Positions 10,619 through 21,374 of a stretch of 64,000 nucleotides of DNA are shown piece after piece. The DNA is from Opitutaceae bacterium. GTDB taxonomy: Bacteria; Verrucomicrobiota; Verrucomicrobiia; Opitutales; Coraliomargaritaceae. A program made the position numbers and the translations under genes. The stretch spans positions 544,001 to 608,000 of the forward strand of contig JBPOFY010000002.1 of NCBI GenBank assembly GCA_051252375.1. Reading direction: 5' to 3'. The notes beneath the pieces are model-generated. The model did not search any database. It was given only the letters and a program-made list of their open reading frames with translations, and was not told the DNA's origin. Each line of letters starts with the position of its first letter. The first letter of the stretch is position 1.

Positions 10619-12666
10619 GTGAATTCGTTTTCCAATGGCCACTGGTGCTGGTCCTACTCGTGCTGACAATTCCTTTGTTTTGGCTGCTCGCACATGCCCG
10701 CAAACGTCGCCGAGAGCTGATCGAAGTCATGGGCGGCGGACACAGCACACATCGCAAACTGCGTGATGTTTTGCGCTTCGCAGCCTTCGTGCTATTAATT
10801 CTAGCACTCGCCAAGCCCGGCTACGCTCCCATCGCCGAAGCCACCTCGCGCACCGGGCGAGACATCGTCTTTGCGATTGATGTTTCACAAAGTATGTTGG
10901 CAAGAGATGCACTGCCCTCACGACTCGAAGTGGCGAAGCAAGGGGTGCGCGACGCGTTGCAGACACTTAGCAACGAACGTGTCGGCTTGATCGTCTATGC
11001 TGGCAGCGCCTCGATTCTATGCCCGCTGACTTACGACTACGACTTCGTCCGCTTCATGCTGGACCAAGCCAACACGCGCACAGTCGACTTCGGCGGCACC
11101 ACCGTGCAAGCCGCCGTTGAAAAAGCCGTCGATCAAGTCTTCCTAGAAGGCCGCAATGATGTGCAAGATCTGATCGTCCTCACTGATGGCGGCGACCACG
11201 GCTCAGTCATCACCAAAGCCATCGAGCTTCTAGAAGACAAAGGAGTCGACACACTGCTACTTGGATTAGGTGATCCAAATGTGGGCAGCACGATCCCGAT
11301 CGCTGACGAAGAAGGTAACCCTAGCTTGCTCCAAGTTAATGGCGAAACAGTCACCACTCAACTGGACGACGTCGCCTTACGAGAATTCGCCGCCCGCAGC
11401 AATCGGATCGAATACCTCGCGTTGGGCACCAAGCCTTTCAATCTTGGGCAGATTTATATCGACTACGCCGAAGGTCGACAAGTCGATGCCGCCATGAACG
11501 AAACCGGCATACTCGTTTATAAAGAAGCCGCCATTTATTTCCTCATACCTGCATTGTTCCTATTGCTGCTTTCAGAGTGCTGGGGCGCACGAGGTCTGCA
11601 AATCGGTCAAGCGGTTGCACTGCTCTGCCTATTCGCGCTCTCTCCTGATGCAGAGGCGACCGGCGACTCGTTTGCAATCAATTTCAAAACCGCCACCGAA
11701 GCACTCCAAGCAGGCAATTTCGAGGAAGCGACCACGCAATTCTCGGCCTTATCCCAAGAAGCCGCAGAACGGACCGCCACGCCTGCCCAACTGGCTACCG
11801 TGCATTTCAACGAGGGGCTCGCATTGATCGGGCAATCCAAAGCGCAGTCAAGCCCACAGGAAGCCCTAAGCTTTGCGCAAAATGCCACGCTCGCCTTCCT
11901 CGCAGCCAAGCGCGGCGATCCAAATATTTCACGTGCAAGTGTTCGCCTCGAACTCACTGCTGCATTCGTATCCGAATTACAGATACAAATTGAAGCCATC
12001 GAAGCGCAAAACGACGCAATCAATGATCAAATGACGATCCTGATCGAACGACTGCAAGCACTACTAAAAGCGCAGGACGAACTTCACGCAGAAATATCCA
12101 AACCTGAGTCAGCGAACAACGCCGCCACCCTTAGTTCGCAATTTGTCAGCACGCAAAATAAGTTACGTCGTGAAGCCGTCGATATTCAAAAACTGATGCA
12201 GTCAATTCATCAGATGATGAGCTCGCCAGCCGACCTAAACCCAAATCAAGAGACCGCACTCACAGAGCCACTGAATTTAATTGTCCGCGTCCAACAATCC
12301 CAAGAGATCGCCACCACAAATCTGATAAAATTGGAGACATGGGAACTGGCACAATCGATGCAAGTCGAAGCCTCGAAATTGATCCAAGCCATACTCGATC
12401 TACTCGCCAACGACTCTCAAGATTCCTCCGACAGCGAAGACTGGGATGAGATGGAAGAAGACTATGAATACATGGAAGATTCGGAAGAAAGCACCAACAC
12501 CTCCGAGCCAATGCAGGGCGATTTTGCCGCCAACGGTGAGATGCAGGAATTGCCGTTACCGAACTATTCTGCCGATGACATTTTACTGGAAGAGCAAGGC
12601 AACTTGCAGTTCCGCCAACAAAAACGAGCCAGCGCCAATGCCGCTAAAGTGGAGAAGGATTTTTAA
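10615..12666 (+). CDS. VWA domain protein, BatB-like, fused to TPR/coiled-coil and acidic tail (BatC-like)
   Basis: ATG at 10615 overlaps the batA stop (ATGA). DVSQSM, LTDGGD, then a TPR-like helix region and the VEKDF C-terminus. Confidence 0.8.
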   Translation: MSEFVFQWPLVLVLLVLTIPLFWLLAHARKRRRELIEVMGGGHSTHRKLRDVLRFAAFVLLILALAKPGYAPIAEATSRTGRDIVFAIDVSQSMLARDALPSRLEVAKQGVRDALQTLSNERVGLIVYAGSASILCPLTYDYDFVRFMLDQANTRTVDFGGTTVQAAVEKAVDQVFLEGRNDVQDLIVLTDGGDHGSVITKAIELLEDKGVDTLLLGLGDPNVGSTIPIADEEGNPSLLQVNGETVTTQLDDVALREFAARSNRIEYLALGTKPFNLGQIYIDYAEGRQVDAAMNETGILVYKEAAIYFLIPALFLLLLSECWGARGLQIGQAVALLCLFALSPDAEATGDSFAINFKTATEALQAGNFEEATTQFSALSQEAAERTATPAQLATVHFNEGLALIGQSKAQSSPQEALSFAQNATLAFLAAKRGDPNISRASVRLELTAAFVSELQIQIEAIEAQNDAINDQMTILIERLQALLKAQDELHAEISKPESANNAATLSSQFVSTQNKLRREAVDIQKLMQSIHQMMSSPADLNPNQETALTEPLNLIVRVQQSQEIATTNLIKLETWELAQSMQVEASKLIQAILDLLANDSQDSSDSEDWDEMEEDYEYMEDSEESTNTSEPMQGDFAANGEMQELPLPNYSADDILLEEQGNLQFRQQKRASANAAKVEKDF

Positions 12667-15203
12667 TGCGCCGTTTCTTCACCACACTTCTTTGCCTGAG
12701 CTGGCCGCTTTTCCTTTTCGCACAGGAAGAAGCGGTCACCGTGCCACTGCCACTCTCCACGCTTGAGTTAAAAGTCCAAGGGCAGACATGGTTCACAGAC
12801 ACCGTGGGTGTCGCCTACGCGACTTTTGATACTGTGGTCGAAACACCCATGGAATGGCCCAGTGACCCCAAAACATATTATATTCTCGATATCGAAGTGG
12901 AGGACATGTCGGACGACGCCAAAGTGCAATCGATAGCCGTGATCCGCTTCTTGCCGCGCAAGACAGGTGCTGTCACCTTGCCCGCATTCACCTTCGCCAG
13001 CGAAACTAAGCGCTACCAAACCACACCCCATACAATCAATGTCAGCCAACCGCGTCGCTCCGATGCCATGTCGCTCAGCCTAGCTCCAAGAAAGCAAACC
13101 ATCTATGTAGGCGAACCACTTCGCATCGATTTTGCCTGGGAATGCCAACTTCCCGCGAACAGCATAAAGGCACTCAAACTCTATCCGGACTTTTTCAACG
13201 ACCCCAGCATCGAAATCGTCATCCCGCGTAACACGAGCGATGAAGATACACAGCTCGGCCTGCCGATCGGTGGCCGCCGCGTCATTGGCAACCGCACCAT
13301 TCCAACCGATCACCCCAAGTTTCTCGGCAAAGTTGAACTGCCTCTGTATTTACGTTTTTCGACTCCCGGCACTTATTCCCTACCGGAAACACGCTTGGAG
13401 TGCGCGCAAATCGAAAAGTCCTCGGGGAATTTCGCCAACTATGCCGCCCACTTCAATAACGCCCTATTTGAAGCAACCGACCCCGACATACGCCACGAGC
13501 GCCTCTACACCACCGCACCGGAGTTACAAATAGAAGTTCTACCGCTGCCTCAAAATACCACAGGCAACACCTTTTCCGGACTATACGCCCCGGTGGACAT
13601 TCAATTATCAATCAGCCCAACCGAAATCGATATTGGGCAACTGATGGAACTGGAGATCAAACTCAGCGGCAACAACCCCCATGGGATGCTCGACCTACCA
13701 AAGTTGAGCTATCAAGGAGGACTTCGCACACGCTTTCTAGTCGATGACGATTACGGCCGTCTCTGGCACGAAGCTGGCACAATATTCCGCACCCGCTTAC
13801 GTGCGCTAACCACCTCGATCTCGGCTTTCCCTTCGCTCAAAATTCTAGTTTTCAACACCGAAACAGGTAGCTACGAAACCCACACAACCGCCCCCATCCC
13901 TCTCAAAGTTTCGCCGAGAGATGGACAAAACTTTATCCCGCTGAAATCTTTTAAAGATGCGGCTATCACCTTAACGAACCAGCCAGAAGGTATCTGGCAC
14001 AATCTGAAAGCGAATCGTATGAATGATCTCCTAAACACTCTGTTCAATTTCCTGAACAACGCCTTTTGGGCACTCCTGCTAGTCGGTCCCATTGCTTTCG
14101 CCCTACTCCTGCCAATCATCCGCGAGCAACGCCGACGCGCCAACGACCCACTCTACCGATCACGCGCGCAAGCATACGCCGTATTCAAAAAGACACCTGC
14201 CAACACCAAGGAAAAATGGCCCGCCTTCCTGACCCTCATGGCCGCGTATTTTGAAACTGACGCCCAAGCATGGACGCTACGCAACTCTCTCGACGCACTC
14301 AAAAGCATCGACGCCAGCCCTGAAGAAATCGAAGACGTCACCCGCATGCACCAAGGCGCTGATGCCCGTGACTTCAGCCAAACACACCCAGAAACAACTT
14401 TCTCAAACCTAGATTCGATCGCCAAACGTGTCCTCAAGAAGATCAGTATCTTCGCCCTCTCATGCTTCCTGCTCAGCCAATTGATAACGCCTCAAGCAGA
14501 GGCTGCCGACTGGTGGGGCGACCCGGAAGCACTCTTCAATCAAGCACAGAGTGCCCCTGCCGGCAGCGACAAGGCCAATGCACTTTACTCTGAGGCCGCG
14601 CTCAAATTCCAATCCAAAGCCGCCATCGCGGCACACCCCGACGCGGCATGGCACAACGCTGGCAATGCTTGGTTTCAAGCGGGATCCATCGGTCGCGCCA
14701 TCCTCGCCTACCGAATGGCCAAAACTTACCGCCCCTTCGACCCTAAGCTTGATGAAAACCTCGCCACCGCCCGCGCCATGGCACTCAACGATCTGCCGCC
14801 AGCCAAAACAACATGGCGACAAATCCCTCTGCGTTGGATCCAACCGGTGCTCGCCATCTTCAACCTCTGCTTCTGGACCAGTCTCTTGCTCACCCTGCGT
14901 TATCGAAAACGTAGTGTTGCTGGGCTCTCCATTGCAATGGGTGCCTGCCTTCTAGTCACGGCCAGCCTCTTCATCATACGGATCCGCTCAAGCGAGCCTC
15001 AGGGTGTCGTGATTGTTGACTCCCTCGACGCCCTCAAAGGTCCGGGTCACGGCTATGCCAAAGCCTTCAGCCAAGCAATCCACGACGGTGTGGAATTCAC
15101 ACTCATTGAAACCCGCGGCGATTGGGGACTGGTGGAACTCACCGATGGTCGTCAATGTTGGGTCCTACTCAGCCAAACCGCGCTGCTGCCGAAAACAATG
15201 TAG
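12666..15203 (+). CDS. BatD-like protein fused to BatE-like TPR + SH3 region
   Basis: Signal peptide, repeated Ig-like BatD segments, TPR (AWHNAGNAWFQAGSIGRAILAY) and an SH3-like end (IHDGVEFTLIETRGDWGLVELTDGRQCWV). Confidence 0.75.
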   Translation: MRRFFTTLLCLSWPLFLFAQEEAVTVPLPLSTLELKVQGQTWFTDTVGVAYATFDTVVETPMEWPSDPKTYYILDIEVEDMSDDAKVQSIAVIRFLPRKTGAVTLPAFTFASETKRYQTTPHTINVSQPRRSDAMSLSLAPRKQTIYVGEPLRIDFAWECQLPANSIKALKLYPDFFNDPSIEIVIPRNTSDEDTQLGLPIGGRRVIGNRTIPTDHPKFLGKVELPLYLRFSTPGTYSLPETRLECAQIEKSSGNFANYAAHFNNALFEATDPDIRHERLYTTAPELQIEVLPLPQNTTGNTFSGLYAPVDIQLSISPTEIDIGQLMELEIKLSGNNPHGMLDLPKLSYQGGLRTRFLVDDDYGRLWHEAGTIFRTRLRALTTSISAFPSLKILVFNTETGSYETHTTAPIPLKVSPRDGQNFIPLKSFKDAAITLTNQPEGIWHNLKANRMNDLLNTLFNFLNNAFWALLLVGPIAFALLLPIIREQRRRANDPLYRSRAQAYAVFKKTPANTKEKWPAFLTLMAAYFETDAQAWTLRNSLDALKSIDASPEEIEDVTRMHQGADARDFSQTHPETTFSNLDSIAKRVLKKISIFALSCFLLSQLITPQAEAADWWGDPEALFNQAQSAPAGSDKANALYSEAALKFQSKAAIAAHPDAAWHNAGNAWFQAGSIGRAILAYRMAKTYRPFDPKLDENLATARAMALNDLPPAKTTWRQIPLRWIQPVLAIFNLCFWTSLLLTLRYRKRSVAGLSIAMGACLLVTASLFIIRIRSSEPQGVVIVDSLDALKGPGHGYAKAFSQAIHDGVEFTLIETRGDWGLVELTDGRQCWVLLSQTALLPKTM

Positions 15204-15243
15204 CCGTCTCACTGAGAGACCAATTCTCTGCAAGGGGTGAACT

Positions 15244-15317
15244 GGTAGGGACGCCTGCCCCTAGGCGTCCGCGATTCCCCCGACTGCCACGGACGCCTGA
15301 GGGCAGGCATCCCTACC
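15244..15317. repeat. REP-like inverted doublet (GTAG family A)
   Basis: GGTAGGGACGCCTGCCCCTAGGCGTCCG ... CGGACGCCTGAGGGCAGGCATCCCTACC. Near-identical doublet at 54490-54560, half copy at 35714-35740. Confidence 0.8.
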
Positions 15318-15350
15318 TTTGGCGTCAGCATTTAGTCGGATGGTGACCAC

Positions 15351-15385
15351 AAAAAAGCCCCGCAACGAATTGCGGGGCTTTAAAA
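15351..15385 (-). terminator. Intrinsic terminator downstream of tRNA-Gln
   Basis: AAAGCCCCGCAA-loop-TTGCGGGGCTTT stem, followed by a T6 run on the minus strand. Confidence 0.8.
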
Positions 15386-15387
15386 GA

Positions 15388-15461
15388 TGGTAGGCCCACA
15401 GGGATTTGAACCCCGAATGACTGCACCAAAAACAGTAGTGTTACCATTACACCATGGGCCT
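15388..15461 (-). tRNA. tRNA-Gln (TTG)
   Basis: Reverse complement AGGCCCA...ACTGT-TTTTGGT-GCAGT...GGTTCAAATCC...TGGGCCTACCA; cloverleaf with encoded CCA. Confidence 0.95.
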
Positions 15462-15474
15462 TCAGAAGTTGGGT

Positions 15475-15502
15475 AGAGTAGAATTCATCGCCTACTCGTC
15501 AA
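15475..15502 (-). promoter_or_regulatory. Candidate sigma70 promoter of tRNA-Gln
   Basis: Minus strand TTGACG-16 nt-TACTCT ending 13 nt upstream of the tRNA. Confidence 0.45.
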
Positions 15503-15579
15503 GCCCACAGTAAAGATTATTTTGAGTGTGCAATCGATGAGTTGACGTCTGCGGATTTCTGGCGTTTAAAAGGCTTTTA

Positions 15580-16317
<738 letters not shown>

Positions 16318-16373
16318 ACAGAGACATTTACTGCTCTTCATTTCTCAATTTTCAATCTCAGATTTTTAATACA

Positions 16374-16931
16374 ATGGAACCTAAAGAAATCCTCAAATCA
16401 ATGAACACCGACATGAAAAAGTCGGTCGATCACACCCTCCACGAATTCAGCAGCTTGCACACCGGCAAAGCTTCGCCCGCCATGCTCGACGGCATCCGCG
16501 TGCAAGCCTACGGCAGCACAGTTACTATGAAAGAAGTGGCAGCGGTCACTACACCCGACGCCAAGACCATCATGGTCCAGCCATGGGATAAGAGTGTCAT
16601 TCGTGACATCGAAAAAGCCATTCAAGAAGCCAACATTGGCCTCAACCCACTCGTCGATGGCGGCATTCTTCGGGTGCCTGTCCCTGAATTGACTGGTCAA
16701 CGCCGCCAAGAGCTCGCCAAAACAGCAGGCTCCATGGCCGAAGAGGGCCGTGTCCGTATCCGCCAAAACCGCCGCGATGCACTCGACCTCTTGAAAGCTG
16801 CGAAAGACGACGGACTTCCTGAAGATGATTTCAAGCGTCACGAAAAAGACGTGCAGAAGGCACACGATGATTTCATCGCCGAAGTCAATCAACACCTCAC
16901 TCATAAAGAAGCTGAGTTGAAGAAGGTATAA
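16374..16931 (+). CDS. frr: Ribosome recycling factor
   Basis: TGKASPAMLD, IEKAIQEANIGLNP, PELTGQRRQEL; follows pyrH. Confidence 0.96.
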   Translation: MEPKEILKSMNTDMKKSVDHTLHEFSSLHTGKASPAMLDGIRVQAYGSTVTMKEVAAVTTPDAKTIMVQPWDKSVIRDIEKAIQEANIGLNPLVDGGILRVPVPELTGQRRQELAKTAGSMAEEGRVRIRQNRRDALDLLKAAKDDGLPEDDFKRHEKDVQKAHDDFIAEVNQHLTHKEAELKKV

Positions 16932-17034
16932 CTTTGAAGAAGGCAGGAGACAGAATTCAGTAGTCAGAAGCAAAATAATGACTGCGCCATCTCTGGCACG
17001 CTTCCGCAGTAATTCTAAATTCCAAATTCTTAAT

Positions 17035-18150
17035 TTGAAAAAGTTGATCCCTCTCTCACAGTCTAAGCGCATCGTTATCAAGCTAGGCACCGGTGTGCTG
17101 ACTTCCGGTATCGGCGACCTCAACATCGCTCGCATCGAAACCCTTTGCGCACAGGTCAACACCCTGCGCAAACGCGGCATCGAAGTCATCATTGTCAGCT
17201 CCGGTGCAGTCGGCCTAGGCATGGGCAAGCTACGGCTCACTCAGCGCCCCAAGGAACTCGCTACTCTGCAGGCCTGCGCAGCTGTCGGGCAAGGTATTCT
17301 AATCAACACTTGGCAGCAGTGCTTCGACGCGCACGGTCTGACGGTCGCCCAGATCTTACTTACACGCGAAGACCTACGCGCCCGCCATCGCCATAACGCG
17401 GTCTTCAACACAGTCAAGCGCCTCCTCGCCCACGGCGCCGTCCCCATCGTCAACGAAAACGACACCGTCAGCGCCGCCGAAATTAAGTTTGGCGATAACG
17501 ACACCCTCTCCGCGCTCGTCGCCAGCGTCGCTCAAGCCGACATGCTTTTCATCCTGTCCAATATCCCCGGACTGATTGACATGGAAGGCAGCGGCGAAGT
17601 CGTGCCACTCGTCGAAACGATTTGTCCAATAATCACAGACATGGCACAGGACACCAAACACACCACCTCAGTCGGCGGGATGATCAGTAAGCTCTCTGCT
17701 GCAAAGATTGCACAACGCGCCGGTTGCGGTGTGATCATTGGCAGCGGACAAGACGACGAACTCTTTAATAAAATTTTGGACGGACAAAGTGTCGGCACCT
17801 ATTTCGAGCCTAGCCCGATACCGGTAAAATCACACAAGCGCTGGATCGCGATTCAAGACGAAGCCCACGGCTCGGTCACCATCGATAGTGGAGCCAAGGA
17901 AGCGATCCTCAATGGCGGCAAGAGCCTACTCGCCGCGGGTATCACCTCTTGCGAAGGCGACTTTGAAGAAGGTGACGTCATTCAAATTCGCACGGATGAT
18001 GGAACCGCTATTGCTCACGGCATCATCGGAGTCAATGGCACCGAGCTCAACAGCATCATCGGTCTTAGCCTAGACGAGATTAAAGAAACACTCCCACGGC
18101 TACACTCATCAGTGATCATCCACCGCGACAACCTCGTGCTGTTGGATTAA
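17035..18150 (+). CDS. proB: Glutamate 5-kinase with PUA domain
   Basis: RIVIKLGT, IVSSGAV, AAVGQ, NENDTV, FGDNDTL, GGMISKL, IHRDNLVL. TTG start at 17035 preferred; the ORF is open from 16978. Confidence 0.95.
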   Translation: MKKLIPLSQSKRIVIKLGTGVLTSGIGDLNIARIETLCAQVNTLRKRGIEVIIVSSGAVGLGMGKLRLTQRPKELATLQACAAVGQGILINTWQQCFDAHGLTVAQILLTREDLRARHRHNAVFNTVKRLLAHGAVPIVNENDTVSAAEIKFGDNDTLSALVASVAQADMLFILSNIPGLIDMEGSGEVVPLVETICPIITDMAQDTKHTTSVGGMISKLSAAKIAQRAGCGVIIGSGQDDELFNKILDGQSVGTYFEPSPIPVKSHKRWIAIQDEAHGSVTIDSGAKEAILNGGKSLLAAGITSCEGDFEEGDVIQIRTDDGTAIAHGIIGVNGTELNSIIGLSLDEIKETLPRLHSSVIIHRDNLVLLD

Positions 18151-18195
18151 GGAGTTCCAACTGATGTGACTAATGCGCATCAACCGTAAAACGTC

Positions 18196-19326
18196 TTACT
18201 TTAGGAACTGGCGTACATCTGGGTGAACTTTGAACAGGAAGTTACGGTCTTGATCGCTAAAAGGACGAGTTGTGAAAATTTTCATACCCGGTTCTCCGTC
18301 TTTCTCGATGAGTAAATAACCACCGAACCAGCCACCTGGCACCTCTGCGACCACGATGTCCACTTCGGTCATGACGCCCGCCCGAAGGTTAAACCAGTCT
18401 CCGGTAATACCGGCTGGCTTAAAGCCAAAGTAACTGCGTGGATTCTTTTCATCTTCCTTGGCTGCCGAAGAGCCCTGACTCCAACCGGAATAGAAATCTG
18501 TCCGCCATGACGCATCCAACACAATTTTCCCATTAATGCTGACAACGAGAACGTCATCACCACGACCGAATAGTCTAAAGCGACCATCCTCTGTCGGCTT
18601 GTATGTGCCGGTATAAGATGCACAAATCATCTTTGGCTCAATAACACCCTCCGCTTGGAACGCCTTGGGAGCATTACCCGCAGACTGGTTATTGATCACA
18701 AAATAAGAAGCATACAAAGTCGTATCGGCTCTGAAAAACTTACGGCTCAACTTGTTCAAATCAAAGTTCCGCGTGAAGTCTTTAAAAATAGGAGATGCCG
18801 CCTCCTCCAATTTATCAGAATATTTGATTGGTTTTTTATTACGATCTGTCTTCAGGTCATACAGTGTTCCCGTGAGAGTCCCTTCAAGTGCTTGGTCGTA
18901 ACCGAAACTTGTCAATCGAACTGCATCAATAGCACCACCGCCGATTTCACCAAGCCCGCCACCAAAACCGCGACCGCCACCGATAGTCAATTGCGACTGA
19001 TCGATTTGAATCGCAGGCACAGTCATATTCTGTGGATTCTGCACCACCAATGGCTGTGGCCGTGGCATACTTTTTGCCGACCGCTTATTCGTAGGTGGAG
19101 GGGGAGGTGGAGGTGGAGGCGTATCAATTACCTCTAATGCAGGCGCTTCAAACTCAGGCTTCGCGGCAATCTTCTCCGTAATCTTAATAATCGCCAACAC
19201 GCCACCAGCTAGCAAATGAACTGCGAGGCTCACTGCGACCACGATGAAGATAGCACTGCGTTTCCGCTTCTTAATTTTGGCTCCGCCAGGGGAACTTGGA
19301 TCTATCCATTCATTGGGATTTGTCAT
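18196..19326 (-). CDS. Membrane-anchored Pro-rich protein with PA14-like C-terminal domain
   Basis: Basic N-terminus, TM helix containing SLAVHLL, poly-Pro linker, Gly-rich segment, then GRFRLFGRGDDVLVVSINGKIVLD (PA14-like). Confidence 0.6.
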   Translation of the reverse strand: MTNPNEWIDPSSPGGAKIKKRKRSAIFIVVAVSLAVHLLAGGVLAIIKITEKIAAKPEFEAPALEVIDTPPPPPPPPPTNKRSAKSMPRPQPLVVQNPQNMTVPAIQIDQSQLTIGGGRGFGGGLGEIGGGAIDAVRLTSFGYDQALEGTLTGTLYDLKTDRNKKPIKYSDKLEEAASPIFKDFTRNFDLNKLSRKFFRADTTLYASYFVINNQSAGNAPKAFQAEGVIEPKMICASYTGTYKPTEDGRFRLFGRGDDVLVVSINGKIVLDASWRTDFYSGWSQGSSAAKEDEKNPRSYFGFKPAGITGDWFNLRAGVMTEVDIVVAEVPGGWFGGYLLIEKDGEPGMKIFTTRPFSDQDRNFLFKVHPDVRQFLK

Positions 19327-19453
19327 CGTAAATTGGGCTGTGGTGTAGAACTGGGGAACGTAATGCCTATATCAAAGCGACCTGTATTCAATCATTTTAC
19401 CATATTACACTGGAAACGCTATTTCATAGCCACGTGCTGAAAACACACTGAGA

Positions 19454-20260
19454 TCACTTCTTCGGACGCATCGCCAAGCTGACGACCTCTTTGTCGAAAT
19501 AGTTACGGTCCATCCCCGCGTTCACAACGATACCTTGACCATTGATCCCACTCGATGCTGGACTGAGCAAAAAGACCGCGGTGTTGGCAACTTCCTGTGT
19601 CGTCAGGTTTTGTTTACGAAAGGTTAGCTTCTCGGCGTAAAGATAGCTCTCCAGATACCCTGGAATACCAGCAGAGGCACTGGTCTTGAGTGGCCCCGCA
19701 TTGACAGTATTGAAACGCACACGGGTATCTGCACCGAAGGACTTCGCCAGATTGTAAGATGATGTCTCAAGAGCAGCTTTGATAGGTGCCATGTAGCCGT
19801 AATTCTCAGCGGTCACGTCGGTCGACGAAATACCAATCGAAACGACGGATGCCTCGTTTTTAAGATGCGGCTTGAAGGCACTCGCCACTTCAACCAACGA
19901 GAACGCGGAGATCGCGGTCGCTTGGAGGAAGTCTTTACGCACTGTGTCGTGAAAAGGCTTAAAGCCCTCAGAGTAGTTAGCGAACGCGATAGAATGAACG
20001 ATGCCATCGATCTGCCCGTAGTCCGCCGCGACCTGCTCGGCCAATGCCTTGGTCTGTTCGGGAAACTCCACATCGCAGATGTAGGCCTTACGGTCGCCAA
20101 GCAGCTTTTGCAGACTCTCTAATCGAGCCTCCGAACGCACGCTATGGATCACTTCCGCGCCCTCTTCTTCGAGCGACTTGGTGATCGCCCACGCCACGCT
20201 CTTGCGATTCGCCACCCCCATCACGAGGAAGCGCTTACCTGTTAATTGTAGAAAACTCAC
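19454..20260 (-). CDS. fabI: Enoyl-ACP reductase (FabI-type SDR)
   Basis: GVANRKSVAWAI, VHSIAFA, YGYMAPIKAALE, AGPLKTSA. Confidence 0.88.
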   Translation of the reverse strand: MSFLQLTGKRFLVMGVANRKSVAWAITKSLEEEGAEVIHSVRSEARLESLQKLLGDRKAYICDVEFPEQTKALAEQVAADYGQIDGIVHSIAFANYSEGFKPFHDTVRKDFLQATAISAFSLVEVASAFKPHLKNEASVVSIGISSTDVTAENYGYMAPIKAALETSSYNLAKSFGADTRVRFNTVNAGPLKTSASAGIPGYLESYLYAEKLTFRKQNLTTQEVANTAVFLLSPASSGINGQGIVVNAGMDRNYFDKEVVSLAMRPKK

Positions 20261-20701
20261 TTACTTGTCCTCTCCTTCGACCATCGCCAAGGCGAACTCA
20301 ATTGTCATGGCTGGCTTACCACCTTTGATGACTTTACCCTTCATGAAGTAAAAACGGCTGACCGTCTCTTTCATCGTCACCTCAATGGTGATTTCGTCGC
20401 CGGGCTTCACCATTTGCTTGAAACGCGCATCGGAGATACGGGACAACACCGGAGTGACATCGTTGAGCGAGCGACCGTCTTTCTCGATTTGTTTAGCGAG
20501 ATAGATGGCACCGGTTTGAAAACATGCCTCGCACAGCAAGACGCCCGGCATAATCGGGTTACCCGGATAGTGACCTTCAAACTGAGGCTCTTCCATACGG
20601 ATCGTGCGTTTACAAGTAGCGCCGTCTTCGCGAACTTCGACGATCTCATCGATAAATAGAAACGGAGGGCGGTGTGGGATAGTGCGTAAAATTTCGTCCA
20701 T
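20261..20701 (-). CDS. fabZ: 3-hydroxyacyl-ACP dehydratase, FabZ family
   Basis: IPHRPPFLFIDEI and FEGHYPGNPIMPGVLLCE; ATG at 20701 preferred. Confidence 0.85.
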   Translation of the reverse strand: MDEILRTIPHRPPFLFIDEIVEVREDGATCKRTIRMEEPQFEGHYPGNPIMPGVLLCEACFQTGAIYLAKQIEKDGRSLNDVTPVLSRISDARFKQMVKPGDEITIEVTMKETVSRFYFMKGKVIKGGKPAMTIEFALAMVEGEDK

Positions 20702-20818
20702 GAGCTCCAGTGAATGCCAAAACCCGCGAAATGCACGCACGAAAATGCAACTCACATGAGACCACAAACGGGTTACCGACCACGCTGAATTGAAAGGTAG
20801 CGGCGATTGCAGTGACTT

Positions 20819-20900
20819 TGGTAGCGGCGCTTGTCCCTAAGCGCCATCAAGATACGGCCTGACTCTGACGTATGGCGGTCAGGGACGACCGCCGCTACCA
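20819..20900. repeat. REP-like inverted doublet (GTAG family), overlapping the yqgF 3' end
   Basis: TGGTAGCGGCGCTT-GTCCCT-AAGCGCCAT and inverted TGGTAGCGGCGGTC-GTCCCT-GACCGCCAT; extra GGTAGCGGCG at 20796. Confidence 0.75.
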
Positions 20901-21346
20901 GCACCATCCAACTCATCAGGAGAAGGCATGGGTGTATTCATATTCTGCTCTTCAATAAAATCCTGGAGAATTAAGGCCGCCGCGCGCGAGTCGATCTCTC
21001 CGCTTTTGCGATCCAGTTTCTTCTTTTGCCCTTTCAATCCTTGCTCGACTGAATGACTGGATAGCCGCTCGTCCACTCGATGAATCGGCAAACCGAAACG
21101 TTTGGTGATTTCTTCAATGAAGACATCCACTTCCTTTGCTTTAAAACCCACGCTGCCGTTCATGTTCAATGGGTAACCACAGATAATCTCATGAATGCGC
21201 CGCGCTTTGATCATTTCCTCGATGTGTTTAAGGCGGTTTTTCTTGGTTGCGGCGACCGCGGCAGGTAAAGGCACCGCGATACCGACCTCGTCGGCATATG
21301 CCAAACCGATACGTTTTTCGCCCCAATCTATGCCTAAATAATTCAT
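20879..21346 (-). CDS. yqgF: YqgF/RuvX pre-16S rRNA nuclease / Holliday junction resolvase-like
   Basis: YLGIDWGEKRIGLA, GYPLNMNG, VDERLSS, IDSRAAALILQ. Confidence 0.92.
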   Translation of the reverse strand: MNYLGIDWGEKRIGLAYADEVGIAVPLPAAVAATKKNRLKHIEEMIKARRIHEIICGYPLNMNGSVGFKAKEVDVFIEEITKRFGLPIHRVDERLSSHSVEQGLKGQKKKLDRKSGEIDSRAAALILQDFIEEQNMNTPMPSPDELDGAGSGGRP

Positions 21347-21374
21347 CGCTTCGCAGTCGTCAGTAGTCGGAGAA

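Noticed and set aside
16398..17240. 280-aa minus-strand ORF
   Set aside because: Antisense shadow of frr and proB with no recognisable motifs.
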